DNA of 64,000 nucleotides from Alphaproteobacteria bacterium (GTDB taxonomy: Bacteria > Pseudomonadota > Alphaproteobacteria > Rs-D84). Shown here one piece after another: positions 45,686 to 54,869 of the stretch. The notes below the pieces were generated by a model. It ran no database searches. It saw only the letters and a program-made list of their open reading frames with translations, and was not told the DNA's origin. Location: contig JAFXPG010000005.1 in the NCBI GenBank assembly GCA_017528045.1, positions 77,834-141,833 of the forward strand, read 5' to 3'. Position 1 is the stretch's first letter, and every line of letters starts with the position of its first letter. Position numbers and translations under genes: made by a program.

Positions 45686-47488
45686 TTATATTGACATATT
45701 TACCGAACAACTTAATGTTAATGTTATATTTCCGTTATAAACAGAAACGTTCAAAGGCGATGATACAGGATTTCCTGATTCTTGCCATGAACATTTATAA
45801 CTATCACAAGCTGCAGTACTAGTAGAGGGGTTTTTTGTCTTCGTTATATCATCATTTGTTGGCAAATTTACAGATCGTGTACTTGAATCAAAACTTGTTA
45901 TTTTGTTAAAACTAGATTTTATCTCACATTTACAGCCTTGTGGACAACCATTGGCATTATCTGTCTTATATGTAATAGTATAATTAGTTCCGCCGCTGCC
46001 ACCGCCACCTTGTTGTGTGTTTTTCCATTTTGCTTTTAATGTTTTATCACCGGTTGTGCCCGCAGGAATTTTTGTTATACAATTGTTGCCTTCCTGCCAG
46101 CAATCAAAATCTTTGTTTGGACAATTACTTGCATCTTTTAATTGTGTGTCAGCATCTGTCGTATAAGATGTAGGACTGTCATGTGTAGCACCAGAACAAT
46201 TTACATCATATGTTATTTTATATCCGTTTTTACGCCATTTTGCATAAAACTTTTTATCCCCTGTGTCTGTTTTGGTTATTTCTTTGACTAAATCACCGCC
46301 ACCATTTGCCGCTGTGTACCAGCCTTCAAATGCATGTAATGGTCGGGTAATTTTTCCATTTGTTGTTTCTGTTGGTAATTTAACATTTGTTGCAGTATTG
46401 ATTTTATAACTGTAAGGCACTTGTGTTGGGTCTTGAAACCTTGCATCAGATCCAATATCATATTCTATCTTGAAATCTTTGCAATTCCATTTTGCAAACA
46501 GTTTTAAATTTTTATTCATACCTTTTTCAATGGTTTCTATTTTGTTTGTATATTCTTTTTCTGTAAACCAACCCATGAATACATCTGAATTTGCATCTTT
46601 CTTTTCACAATTTTCAAATGTTGGATCTTCTAATTTTATAGGTGTTTGTCTTGGTTTATATATCAAAGGGTTGTTTGGATTGTTAACACCACCGTCTAAA
46701 TGATACGTTATAGTATATTTTTTGCAAATATCTGATCCAGAATGATCTTCACACCATTCGTCTTCGTCTTTAAATTGCGGTAAATCGTATGCGTGTTTAT
46801 CTTTGAATGGTTTATAGCCTTCTGTTTCATTGGCAACACGTTCTTGGAAACTGATGTCTTTATAAGTCTTAGGAAATGCTGTGCTTGATAAATGTTCAGT
46901 ACCAACGCTATTTTGTTCTTGTAATTCTTTTAATTCTTGTGCGCGTTCTGCGATTTCTTGTTTCCATTTAGGTGTATCTGCTTTAAAAGGATTTTTTTCA
47001 AAAACCATGTTTGTATTATCGTTGTATTGTGCAGGTTCTGTAGCCTGAGGAAATGCAACGACTCTGTTTTGTGGAATTGTGTTTCTATATTTTGTAACAT
47101 AAGAATCATATAAATAATCTATATATCCCGAACACGCATACAAATAATTATGTCCGGGCAAATTAGATAACTGAATTAAAATCACAGGCTTAATATCTTT
47201 TAAAGATGTACTTTTACAATTGTTTCTGGCCGAACATTGAACGTTAATTAAAGAATTAACAATGTTTTCACATTCACCCGCGTTTAAATCTGCACCTTGG
47301 ACATAAACAGGTTGTGGTAACCGTTGATTATAAGGAGAATTTGGTGTCCAAAAAGGGTTAGAAGAATATTTTTGAACATTTTGTATTTGACCATAATCAG
47401 AAAAAATAGCAGATGCAGCCATCGCGCTGACCATATAAATACAGCTGAAAACAGCGGTTGATAAAGATATTAGGTGTTTTTTTCTCAT
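45686..47488 (-). CDS. Secreted protein (600 aa) with four Listeria-Bacteroides (Flg_new) repeats
   Basis: It has a signal peptide. Repeats start with YTITYHLDGG, FKIEYD, YKITYD and YTITYKTD. Repeats end with FMGWF...LFAKW, FEGWY...FYAKW and FDCWQ...LKAKW. A GGGGSGG linker is also present. Confidence 0.75.
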   Translation of the reverse strand: MRKKHLISLSTAVFSCIYMVSAMAASAIFSDYGQIQNVQKYSSNPFWTPNSPYNQRLPQPVYVQGADLNAGECENIVNSLINVQCSARNNCKSTSLKDIKPVILIQLSNLPGHNYLYACSGYIDYLYDSYVTKYRNTIPQNRVVAFPQATEPAQYNDNTNMVFEKNPFKADTPKWKQEIAERAQELKELQEQNSVGTEHLSSTAFPKTYKDISFQERVANETEGYKPFKDKHAYDLPQFKDEDEWCEDHSGSDICKKYTITYHLDGGVNNPNNPLIYKPRQTPIKLEDPTFENCEKKDANSDVFMGWFTEKEYTNKIETIEKGMNKNLKLFAKWNCKDFKIEYDIGSDARFQDPTQVPYSYKINTATNVKLPTETTNGKITRPLHAFEGWYTAANGGGDLVKEITKTDTGDKKFYAKWRKNGYKITYDVNCSGATHDSPTSYTTDADTQLKDASNCPNKDFDCWQEGNNCITKIPAGTTGDKTLKAKWKNTQQGGGGSGGTNYTITYKTDNANGCPQGCKCEIKSSFNKITSFDSSTRSVNLPTNDDITKTKNPSTSTAACDSYKCSWQESGNPVSSPLNVSVYNGNITLTLSCSVNMSI

Positions 47489-47502
47489 TTCCTTGTTTCT
47501 GA

Positions 47503-47964
47503 TTATAACAAAAATTGAATTATAATTAAAGACAAAAATCCACCTGTTAAAAAGAATGGTGCAAAAGGTACATATTTTTGACTGTTCTTTTTAGCCCATA
47601 TATAAGACAATATGCAGGCAATAATCATGGCTATTGATAAACCTATGGTGCCAAGCCATATTCCGCCTGCCCCTAATAATTTTATATCCCCCATTCCAAT
47701 TGGTGGATATTTTTGTTTTTTTGTAAATCTTTCAAATATAAAACCAACAATTAAACCTAAACAATATCCCATGGAACCACCTATGACGGCATCTGCTGTT
47801 GTAATTGGCCATGGAAAAAAAGTGGTTATTAATAATCCTGCAAATAAAAATGGAAACAGATATACGTCTGGGATAATTCTGTGTTCAAAATCGTTTGTCG
47901 ACATTCTTACTGCACAAAAAATGGCACCAATCAGTATAAAAGAAAAAAATATATAAGAAATCAT
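47503..47964 (-). CDS. A24-family prepilin peptidase, TadV/CpaA type (no methyltransferase domain)
   Basis: It is polytopic and has both aspartyl motif contexts, RIIPDVYLFP and GMGDIKLLGAGG. I prefer the ATG at 47964. Confidence 0.75.
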   Translation of the reverse strand: MISYIFFSFILIGAIFCAVRMSTNDFEHRIIPDVYLFPFLFAGLLITTFFPWPITTADAVIGGSMGYCLGLIVGFIFERFTKKQKYPPIGMGDIKLLGAGGIWLGTIGLSIAMIIACILSYIWAKKNSQKYVPFAPFFLTGGFLSLIIIQFLL

Positions 47965-48036
47965 GTTTTCTCTCTTGCCTTTCGATTCGTTTTTATGATA
48001 CAATTATATCAGATATAAACACAAGGACTTTTTATT

Positions 48037-48699
48037 ATGAGTAAAGGTTGGGACAGCGGAATGCTGAAAAAATTAAAATCTCTGGTTGGCAAAGGTTTGT
48101 CTACCGCGGAAATGGGTAAAAAATTAGGTATGTCTAAAAATGCAGTTGTTGGTAAATTAAACCGTTTGGGTTGGAATGCAAAAGCAACAGAAACGGCTGA
48201 TAAAAAATCAACGAAACCTGTGAAAAAGGCAACTAAGACAGAAACAACTGTAAAAAAAGCGTCTGTTAAAAAGACAGTTGCAAAAAAGCCAGTAGAAAAA
48301 GTTGCTAAAAAAGAAAGTAAAACTGTCAAGAAAACAGTTGAAAAATCTGTAAAAAAAACATCTGATAAAAAAGAAATAAAGACAGTAAAAAAACCGGTTG
48401 TAGATAAAAAAGCAGAAACTAAAACAACTAAAAAAGTTGAAAAAGTTGTTGAAAAAGAACAACCTGTTATCAAGACTGCTTCCAAAAAAACAAAAAAAGA
48501 TTTGGCTTTGCATGAATTATTAATACAACATGCTTTGCAAATGGCAAATTTAAAACCAAATCAATGTCGTTGGCCTATTGGGGATCCTGATTCTGATAAT
48601 TTTCATTTCTGTGGTGAAACAGTATTTACAGGAAAACCTTATTGTTATGAACATTGTCGCCAAGCTTATCAATTTACACCAGCTAAAAAGAATAAATAA
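48037..48699 (+). CDS. gcrA: GcrA cell-cycle regulator with a lysine-rich linker expansion
   Basis: The N-terminal HTH-like region reads LKKLKSLVGKGLSTAEMGKKLGMSKNAVVGKLNRLGW. The C-terminal region reads QCRWPIGDPDSDNFHFCGE...PYCYEHCRQAY. The central region consists of KKxxKK repeats. Confidence 0.85.
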   Translation: MSKGWDSGMLKKLKSLVGKGLSTAEMGKKLGMSKNAVVGKLNRLGWNAKATETADKKSTKPVKKATKTETTVKKASVKKTVAKKPVEKVAKKESKTVKKTVEKSVKKTSDKKEIKTVKKPVVDKKAETKTTKKVEKVVEKEQPVIKTASKKTKKDLALHELLIQHALQMANLKPNQCRWPIGDPDSDNFHFCGETVFTGKPYCYEHCRQAYQFTPAKKNK

Positions 48700-48710
48700 C
48701 GGAGTGTTCA

Positions 48711-50747
48711 ATGTCAGGAGAGAGATTTAATAATAAAAATAATGAATATGGAACATTGAATATGCGTCCGTATGTTATTTTTGGTAATGATATTGCTGCC
48801 TTTTATGATAAAAACGATGATTTGATATTCATTTTGGATAATACTGTAAATTCTCGTAAACCAAATGTTTTATTGGTTATTAATCCAGATGGTGACAAAA
48901 AATGGGATGAAATTTTATCAAATATATACAAAGTAGATTTGGAAAATATTCGCCCAAAGCAAGATAATAAATATCAAAAATTGGATATAGAATATTCTGG
49001 ATTGAACGTATATGACAATTTGATAAAAGCTTATGATAACGGAGAAGATTTGTCTGAGTATTTAACTCAGTTGGATGTTTTACGCGATTCTGCTGTTCGT
49101 CACAGTGCTATGTCCAGATTAAATATGGCAAATGAGATTATTGCAAAAACAAATAACACTATTGTAAAAACCAAAGAAACAATAGATGAATTACAAACAC
49201 GTTTAAAAACATTGCGTTCTAAACTGGCCAGTCAGAAGAAAGAAATTGGTAAAATTTCTACAAAACAATCTGCTGCAAAAATTTTGCGTACAGAATCTCA
49301 AATAGAAGCAACAAATGAAAAATTAAAACGCGCTAAAAAACGTTTGGAATCTGCACAACGTCGTTTGGAAGCAGCTACTAATGATGCAGAATTAGCCAGC
49401 GCTTTGTTAAATTTACCTGAACCCAAATATACAGTATCAACTTCAAAAGCTGTTATGAACAGTCCAAAATACGAAATTCAAGCAACAGAACCAGATGATG
49501 ATTTTGAAGAAGAAATACCTGAATATAAAGATGATTTTCAAGAAGATATTGCAGAAGAAACAGATAGTTCTGTAAAGCCTTTATTTGATACAGACCCAAA
49601 TATTTTAAATGAAGATATTGCTTTTAAACCAATATCTTTTGATGTTTCTGAACCTGATATTCAACAATCTACACCAGTCGTTGAATTTGAAGAAGAAAAA
49701 CAATCACAACCAGAAGATATAGAAGAATTTATAGCACCTGTTCCTTTTGAACAAGAACAATCTGGGTCTGAAGAAAAAACAGAAGATATGCCTCCTGTCA
49801 TTGATACCCAGGCATTATTTAATTTAAAAACAGAAGATGTGTCTGATAGCAATACTGATTCTTTGACAGAAGAAAAAGCAAAATCTGTATTAGAATCTAT
49901 GAAACCTGTTTCAGAATATGAAGAAAATGTAATTACACCTGTTAGTGAACCAATAGATGTAAGACCTGTTGAACAATTTTCTTATGAACCAGAAACATCA
50001 CATGTTCAAGAAAATGTTATAGTACCAGAGGTACCAGTTGTACATCCTGTTGAAAATAATTATAATATTCCAGAAACAAATATTACCGAAACACCAGAAA
50101 ATAGTACTAAATCTAAATTTGCATATTATTTCTTGTTGATACTATTAATAGTATTATCTGTGTTTACTTTGTGGTTATATCAAAAAAGTATATCTGACAG
50201 AAGCCCAATGTTAACCAAGAAAACATCGGAAACAATGGTTACATCAGAAAAAACAGTTGTTGAATCAGATACTGCTTTGCCAGATGTTGTTGAGGAAGTT
50301 GTCTTTTTAGATGAAGAACCTGAAACTATTGTCGAAGATACACCAACAACACAACCGACTGTTGAAAAAGTTGAAACAGAACAGACAACAGATGTCGTTG
50401 AAAAAGAAGAAGAACCGGTAGAAGATGCTCAAGATGCAGATGTTGTAACCGAAGAAGAAACCATTGTTGAAACAGAGAAAGCTCCAGAAGAAGTTTTTAT
50501 TGAAGAAGACATTGTATCGGAAAATTCTGAACTTATAGATAGTGAACCCATAGAAGATACGGTTGAAGAAGAAGTTGTTGTTGATAAACCTGAATATGAT
50601 GCTGGGTCTAAACATGAAGAAATGTTCGTAATAGAAGATGAAAATGTTGAAGAAATGACTTCCGAAGATGAAGATTATTTTGAAGAAGATCCTTTCTATG
50701 ATGCAGAGGAAGCAGAATATCAAGCAGAACAAGAAAGTTTAGAATAA
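48711..50747 (+). CDS. Highly acidic single-pass membrane protein (678 aa, orphan)
   Basis: It lies 11 nt after gcrA. It has an N-terminal globular region, a coiled coil, D/E-rich disordered regions, and one TM helix (FAYYFLLILLIVLSVFTLWLY). The C-terminal tail is very acidic. Confidence 0.7.
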   Translation: MSGERFNNKNNEYGTLNMRPYVIFGNDIAAFYDKNDDLIFILDNTVNSRKPNVLLVINPDGDKKWDEILSNIYKVDLENIRPKQDNKYQKLDIEYSGLNVYDNLIKAYDNGEDLSEYLTQLDVLRDSAVRHSAMSRLNMANEIIAKTNNTIVKTKETIDELQTRLKTLRSKLASQKKEIGKISTKQSAAKILRTESQIEATNEKLKRAKKRLESAQRRLEAATNDAELASALLNLPEPKYTVSTSKAVMNSPKYEIQATEPDDDFEEEIPEYKDDFQEDIAEETDSSVKPLFDTDPNILNEDIAFKPISFDVSEPDIQQSTPVVEFEEEKQSQPEDIEEFIAPVPFEQEQSGSEEKTEDMPPVIDTQALFNLKTEDVSDSNTDSLTEEKAKSVLESMKPVSEYEENVITPVSEPIDVRPVEQFSYEPETSHVQENVIVPEVPVVHPVENNYNIPETNITETPENSTKSKFAYYFLLILLIVLSVFTLWLYQKSISDRSPMLTKKTSETMVTSEKTVVESDTALPDVVEEVVFLDEEPETIVEDTPTTQPTVEKVETEQTTDVVEKEEEPVEDAQDADVVTEEETIVETEKAPEEVFIEEDIVSENSELIDSEPIEDTVEEEVVVDKPEYDAGSKHEEMFVIEDENVEEMTSEDEDYFEEDPFYDAEEAEYQAEQESLE

Positions 50748-50775
50748 AAAAACCGCCAATTTGGCGGTTTTTTTA
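50746..50775. terminator. Bidirectional intrinsic terminator
   Basis: Stem ccgcc/ggcgg with A-run and T-run flanks, between convergent genes. Confidence 0.85.
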
Positions 50776-50781
50776 TAAGAT

Positions 50782-51156
50782 TTATTTTTCAATGATTACA
50801 ACTGCCGCTGAATAATCATCTTGATCTGTTATTGACAATAAAACATTGGCGTTTGGCCCCGCTAATTCTTTTAATACTGTTTTTGCACCACCAGAAATCA
50901 ATAATTCAGGACGACCATTATCATCGTGTACAACGGATATATCAGAAAAAGAAATATCTTCACTGAAACCTGTGCCTAAAGCTTTTAGCGCAGCTTCTCT
51001 TGCTGCCCAGAAATTTGCCAAGTGTTTTTCTGCACGGGCATTGTCTGTATCTGCATATTCAAGTTCTTTTTTTGTGAAAATACGTTGTTTTTTGAAAGCA
51101 GACCAATCTAAGAATCGATCACTTTCTACCAAATCAATACCTATTCCAAGTATCAT
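50782..51156 (-). CDS. acpS: Holo-[acyl-carrier-protein] synthase
   Basis: It starts MILGIGIDLVE, has the AAREAALKALG motif, and is 124 aa long. Confidence 0.9.
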   Translation of the reverse strand: MILGIGIDLVESDRFLDWSAFKKQRIFTKKELEYADTDNARAEKHLANFWAAREAALKALGTGFSEDISFSDISVVHDDNGRPELLISGGAKTVLKELAGPNANVLLSITDQDDYSAAVVIIEK

Positions 51157-51312
51157 TGATTCCTTCCTTTTTTAATATGTATTCTTTATGCGCATACTAG
51201 TAACTTTTAACCGATTCGTGCAAGTAAAAAATATTGTGTGTATATATATGCTGTTTTTATGCACAGTTTCTTTGCTTTTTTTAATTTAAAAAAAATTGAT
51301 TTTTTTACTTTT

Positions 51313-51323
51313 TATGATAAAAT
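51313..51323 (+). promoter_or_regulatory. Extended -10-like element (TGATAAAAT) upstream of corA
   Basis: A T-tract followed by TGnTAAAAT, 44 nt before the ATG. Confidence 0.35.
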
Positions 51324-51366
51324 TCTTGGCGAAAAAATAATAATCCTGTAAAACAAGGAGAATGTC

Positions 51367-52251
51367 ATGTTTGATACAAAAAAATTAAAAACATTCTCTT
51401 GGGTTAATGTTGGTAACCCAGATCATGAAGATTTTGAACGTTTATTAACGGAATATAAAATAGATGAAGACACAATTTCTGATATTTTAGACCCTGATGA
51501 ACAGCCAAGATTAGAATTAGAAGATGATTATAAAGTTATAATTTTACGTTTCCCTATTACAAATCGTGAAATGGATACGACTTGGCATACAGAACCATTG
51601 TCTATTATTTATTCAAATAAACATGTTATAACCGTATGTCGTAAAAGATGTGATTTGTTAGATAAAATTAAAGACGATGAAATGAATACACGTGAAACAT
51701 TTATTTTGAATATTGTGTATTATATTGCTGAATCTTATCTGCGTGCTTTGAAAGAATTGAATAAAAAAGTTGTTAATTCAAAGAAAGCTTTACAAGAAAA
51801 TATACGTAAACAAGAATTAATGCAATTATTGGAAGTTGAAAACGCATATACTTTATATATGGCATCACTGAAAGGCAATATTGCTGTGATGGATAAAATT
51901 GATAAATTACGTGGGTTTGTAAAAGATGAAGATAACCAAGAATTATCAGAAGATGCGCGTATTGAATTTAATCAGGCTATTGAAGTTGTGACAAGCTACA
52001 GTAAAATGTTGAAATCAATCAAAGAAACTTTTGAAAGTGTTATTAATATTGATTCTAACACTTATATTAATCGTTTAACAATTTGGAATATTGTTTTGAT
52101 GGTACCAAGTGTTATTGTTGGTTATTATGGAATGAATATGGATTTACCTTATGCAAACCATACTCATACCGCATTGGTAATATTTATCTGTATTATGGTG
52201 TTGTTGACCGGATATGGTTTATATACAATCGCACGTCGTCGTGTGTTTTAA
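51367..52251 (+). CDS. corA: CorA-family magnesium/cobalt transporter
   Basis: It has the YGMNM signature in the penultimate TM helix, two C-terminal TM helices, and an AAGGAG RBS. Confidence 0.85.
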   Translation: MFDTKKLKTFSWVNVGNPDHEDFERLLTEYKIDEDTISDILDPDEQPRLELEDDYKVIILRFPITNREMDTTWHTEPLSIIYSNKHVITVCRKRCDLLDKIKDDEMNTRETFILNIVYYIAESYLRALKELNKKVVNSKKALQENIRKQELMQLLEVENAYTLYMASLKGNIAVMDKIDKLRGFVKDEDNQELSEDARIEFNQAIEVVTSYSKMLKSIKETFESVINIDSNTYINRLTIWNIVLMVPSVIVGYYGMNMDLPYANHTHTALVIFICIMVLLTGYGLYTIARRRVF

Positions 52252-52312
52252 TAAATGTTAAGTATATATTTCCGGGTTTAAAAAATATCCTATGATACAT
52301 AAGAGAATTAAA

Positions 52313-52340
52313 TAAAAACCGCAGAAATTGCGGTTTTTTA
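52313..52340. terminator. Bidirectional intrinsic terminator
   Basis: Stem aaccgca/tgcggtt plus a T-run. It overlaps the adk stop. Confidence 0.8.
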
Positions 52341-52892
52341 TTTAATTTTTTCCAATATATAATTGAAGTTTTCTTCAATGTCATCACTGGGTAATTGCAC
52401 GTCGATAAATTGTACACGTTTTTCATTTTTTAATAATTCAACTGCAGGCATAGTTGTTGTTTTAAATGCGGCAATGCGTTTATGAACAGTGTTTTCATCC
52501 TTGTCGTCAGCACGGTTACCACCCTGTTTTATTCTGTTTTTTATATGTGCAATCATTTTTTCTTCGCTTATATTTAAAAATATTACTTGTATATCAAATT
52601 TATCTGCATAATTTTCAATTAACCATTTTGCTTGACCGATTGTACGTGGGTATCCATCAACGATTATATCTTTGTCTGTTGTAATATATTCAGATATTAT
52701 TGGGAACAATTCTTCATCTTTAGCTAATTCACCACTCATAATTTTTTTATGTAATTCACTGTTTTCTGGTAATTGACGCAAAATAGCGCCCATTTCTATA
52801 TAATTATAATCGTGTTTTTCTAATAATTTATGTGCAAAAGTACCCTTACCTGAACCTTGACCACCCATAAAAACAATCATTGTTGGTTTCAT
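52338..52892 (-). CDS. adk: Adenylate kinase (short lid form)
   Basis: It carries the P-loop GGQGSGKGT and the GYPRTIGQA motif. Confidence 0.92.
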   Translation of the reverse strand: MKPTMIVFMGGQGSGKGTFAHKLLEKHDYNYIEMGAILRQLPENSELHKKIMSGELAKDEELFPIISEYITTDKDIIVDGYPRTIGQAKWLIENYADKFDIQVIFLNISEEKMIAHIKNRIKQGGNRADDKDENTVHKRIAAFKTTTMPAVELLKNEKRVQFIDVQLPSDDIEENFNYILEKIK

Positions 52893-53000
52893 TTATAATC
52901 CTTGTTTTTTTATATAGGTATTATATTGCTTTTTCACATATAAAATCAAATAAAAAGTCCCACAATTGTGGGACTTTATTAAAAATAATTTTTAACAAAA

Positions 53001-54713
53001 TTATTTTTTGCTGTTTTCTATGGCTGCACCCAAGATGTCACCCAAAACAGAACCAGAATCAGCTTCGTTAGCAAATTCTTTAACAGCTTGTTTTTCTAAT
53101 GTGACTTGTAATGCACGGATAGATAATTTTACGTTGTTGCCATCTACAGAAACAACAGATGCTTCTACAGAATCACCAACATTGTATTTAGATGTGTCTT
53201 GTTCTGCTTTTTCACGAGATAAATCTGTTCTGCGGATTGTACCACGAACATCACCTGGCAAAGCCAAGATTAATTCATCAGGTGTAATTTCAGAAACTGT
53301 TCCACATACTACGGCACCTTTTTTGATAGTTGTGCTGTTATTTTCTGCACCTTCTGTCAATTGTTTGATACCCAATGTAATACGTTCTTTTTCTGGATTG
53401 ATATCCAAAATTTTTGCTGTGACTTCTTGACCACGAACGAATTTCTTCAATTCTTCTTCGTCTAATTTGTTCCAAGACAAATCAGAGATGTGAATCATAC
53501 CGTCTAAGTCTGGTGTCAAAGCAACGAACAAACCGAATTCAGTTGTGTTTTTGATTGGTCCTGTGACAACATCGCCTACTTTATGAGATTCAGCAAATTC
53601 TTTCCAAGGATTTGGTTGTAATTGTTTATATCCCAAAGAAATACGGCGTTTGTCTTGGTCTATACCTAAAACAACAACGTTAATTTCTTGACCATTTTGC
53701 AAAACTTTGCTTGGGTGAATATTTTTGTTTGTCCAAGACAATTCAGACATGTGGACTAAACCTTCAATATTATTGCCCAAATCAATGAATGCACCGTAAT
53801 CTGTCAAAGATGCAACTTTACCAGTTACTGTATCACCAACATTGAATGCTTTAGAAGCTGTTTCCCAAGGATCTTCTTCCAATTGTTTTGCACCCAAAGA
53901 AATACGATGAGATTCTGGATCAAATTGAATAACTTTAACTTTGATTTTTTCACCAACATGAACCAATTCACGTGGATGGTTAATGCGTTTCCAAGATAAA
54001 TCTGTAACGTGTAATAAACCATCAATACCACCCAAATCTACGAATACACCGTAATCTGTGATATTTTTAACTGTACCTTCAACAACCGCACCCAAAGAAA
54101 TGTTTTTCATAGCTTCTTTTTGAGCAGCAGCAATTGTGTCAGCTTGGATTGCACGACGAGATACAATAGCGTTTGTACGTAAAGCATCCATTTTTAATAC
54201 ACGGAATTTGTCTTTTAAACCAATTAAAGATTTTGCATCACGTATTGGTTTGTGATCAACTTGAGAAGATGGCATAAATGCAAATACACCGTTGATATCA
54301 ACTGTGTAACCACCACGAACAACATCAATAATTGTTCCTTCTGGATCAATACCTTCTGCGACTGTCTTTTCTAAATCTTTCCATGCTTTTTCAGCACGTG
54401 CTTTTGTATAAGACAATACTGCTGTTCCTTCACGTGATTCATAACGTTCAACAAAAACGTCAATAATATCACCAACAGATGGAACGGAAGCACCGAATTC
54501 TTTTAATGGAATACGACCTTCTGATTTCAAACCAACGTCAACCATAGCAAAATCGCCACGGATATCTTTAACAGTTCCTTTTGTAGCGTAACCTTGCAAA
54601 GTTTCTTGTGTTCCATAGTTTTTATCAAACATTTGGACGAAATCTTCGCCGGATACAGGATTAAATAAATCTTTGGATAAATCTTTCATAAGAATTATAA
54701 CAAAGTTTGCCAT
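53001..54713 (-). CDS. rpsA: 30S ribosomal protein S1
   Basis: It contains six S1-domain repeats (GxVxxVxxxGxFVDLG patterns). The start is ambiguous (ATG at 54713 or 54689), and neither has an SD sequence. Confidence 0.93.
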   Translation of the reverse strand: MANFVIILMKDLSKDLFNPVSGEDFVQMFDKNYGTQETLQGYATKGTVKDIRGDFAMVDVGLKSEGRIPLKEFGASVPSVGDIIDVFVERYESREGTAVLSYTKARAEKAWKDLEKTVAEGIDPEGTIIDVVRGGYTVDINGVFAFMPSSQVDHKPIRDAKSLIGLKDKFRVLKMDALRTNAIVSRRAIQADTIAAAQKEAMKNISLGAVVEGTVKNITDYGVFVDLGGIDGLLHVTDLSWKRINHPRELVHVGEKIKVKVIQFDPESHRISLGAKQLEEDPWETASKAFNVGDTVTGKVASLTDYGAFIDLGNNIEGLVHMSELSWTNKNIHPSKVLQNGQEINVVVLGIDQDKRRISLGYKQLQPNPWKEFAESHKVGDVVTGPIKNTTEFGLFVALTPDLDGMIHISDLSWNKLDEEELKKFVRGQEVTAKILDINPEKERITLGIKQLTEGAENNSTTIKKGAVVCGTVSEITPDELILALPGDVRGTIRRTDLSREKAEQDTSKYNVGDSVEASVVSVDGNNVKLSIRALQVTLEKQAVKEFANEADSGSVLGDILGAAIENSKK

Positions 54714-54795
54714 CGTCACATTTTATTCTTGCAAAGACGAGGTCTTGTGGGGTTAATCGGATTGATTTTCACGCCCACCCGCGAAAATCAGACAC

Positions 54796-54824
54796 ATTAT
54801 ATGGAGTTTTTTTAAGAAAATCAA
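54796..54824 (-). promoter_or_regulatory. Candidate rpsA promoter
   Basis: On the minus strand: TTGATT (54824..54819), a 17-nt spacer, then TATAAT (54801..54796). Confidence 0.45.
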
Positions 54825-54829
54825 GCAAA

Positions 54830-54863
54830 ATCAAACAAAAAACACCCTTTTTATCGGGTGTTT
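54830..54863 (-). terminator. Intrinsic terminator after thyA
   Basis: Minus-strand hairpin aacaccc/gggtgtt followed by TTTTGTTTG. Confidence 0.7.
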
Positions 54864-54869
54864 AATTTG

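Noticed and set aside
48009-48485. A 158-aa minus-strand ORF (plus a 101-aa ORF at 48208-48513) lies antisense to gcrA.
   Set aside because: It is the mirror image of the lysine-codon (AAA/AAG) repeat region, which reads as F/T/V-rich nonsense on the opposite strand. There is no RBS and it overlaps a confidently identified gene completely.
50307-50732. A 141-aa minus-strand ORF lies antisense to the acidic tail of the 48711 gene.
   Set aside because: It is a low-complexity F/I/N-rich translation of GAA/GAT repeats on the opposite strand, which makes it a compositional artefact.
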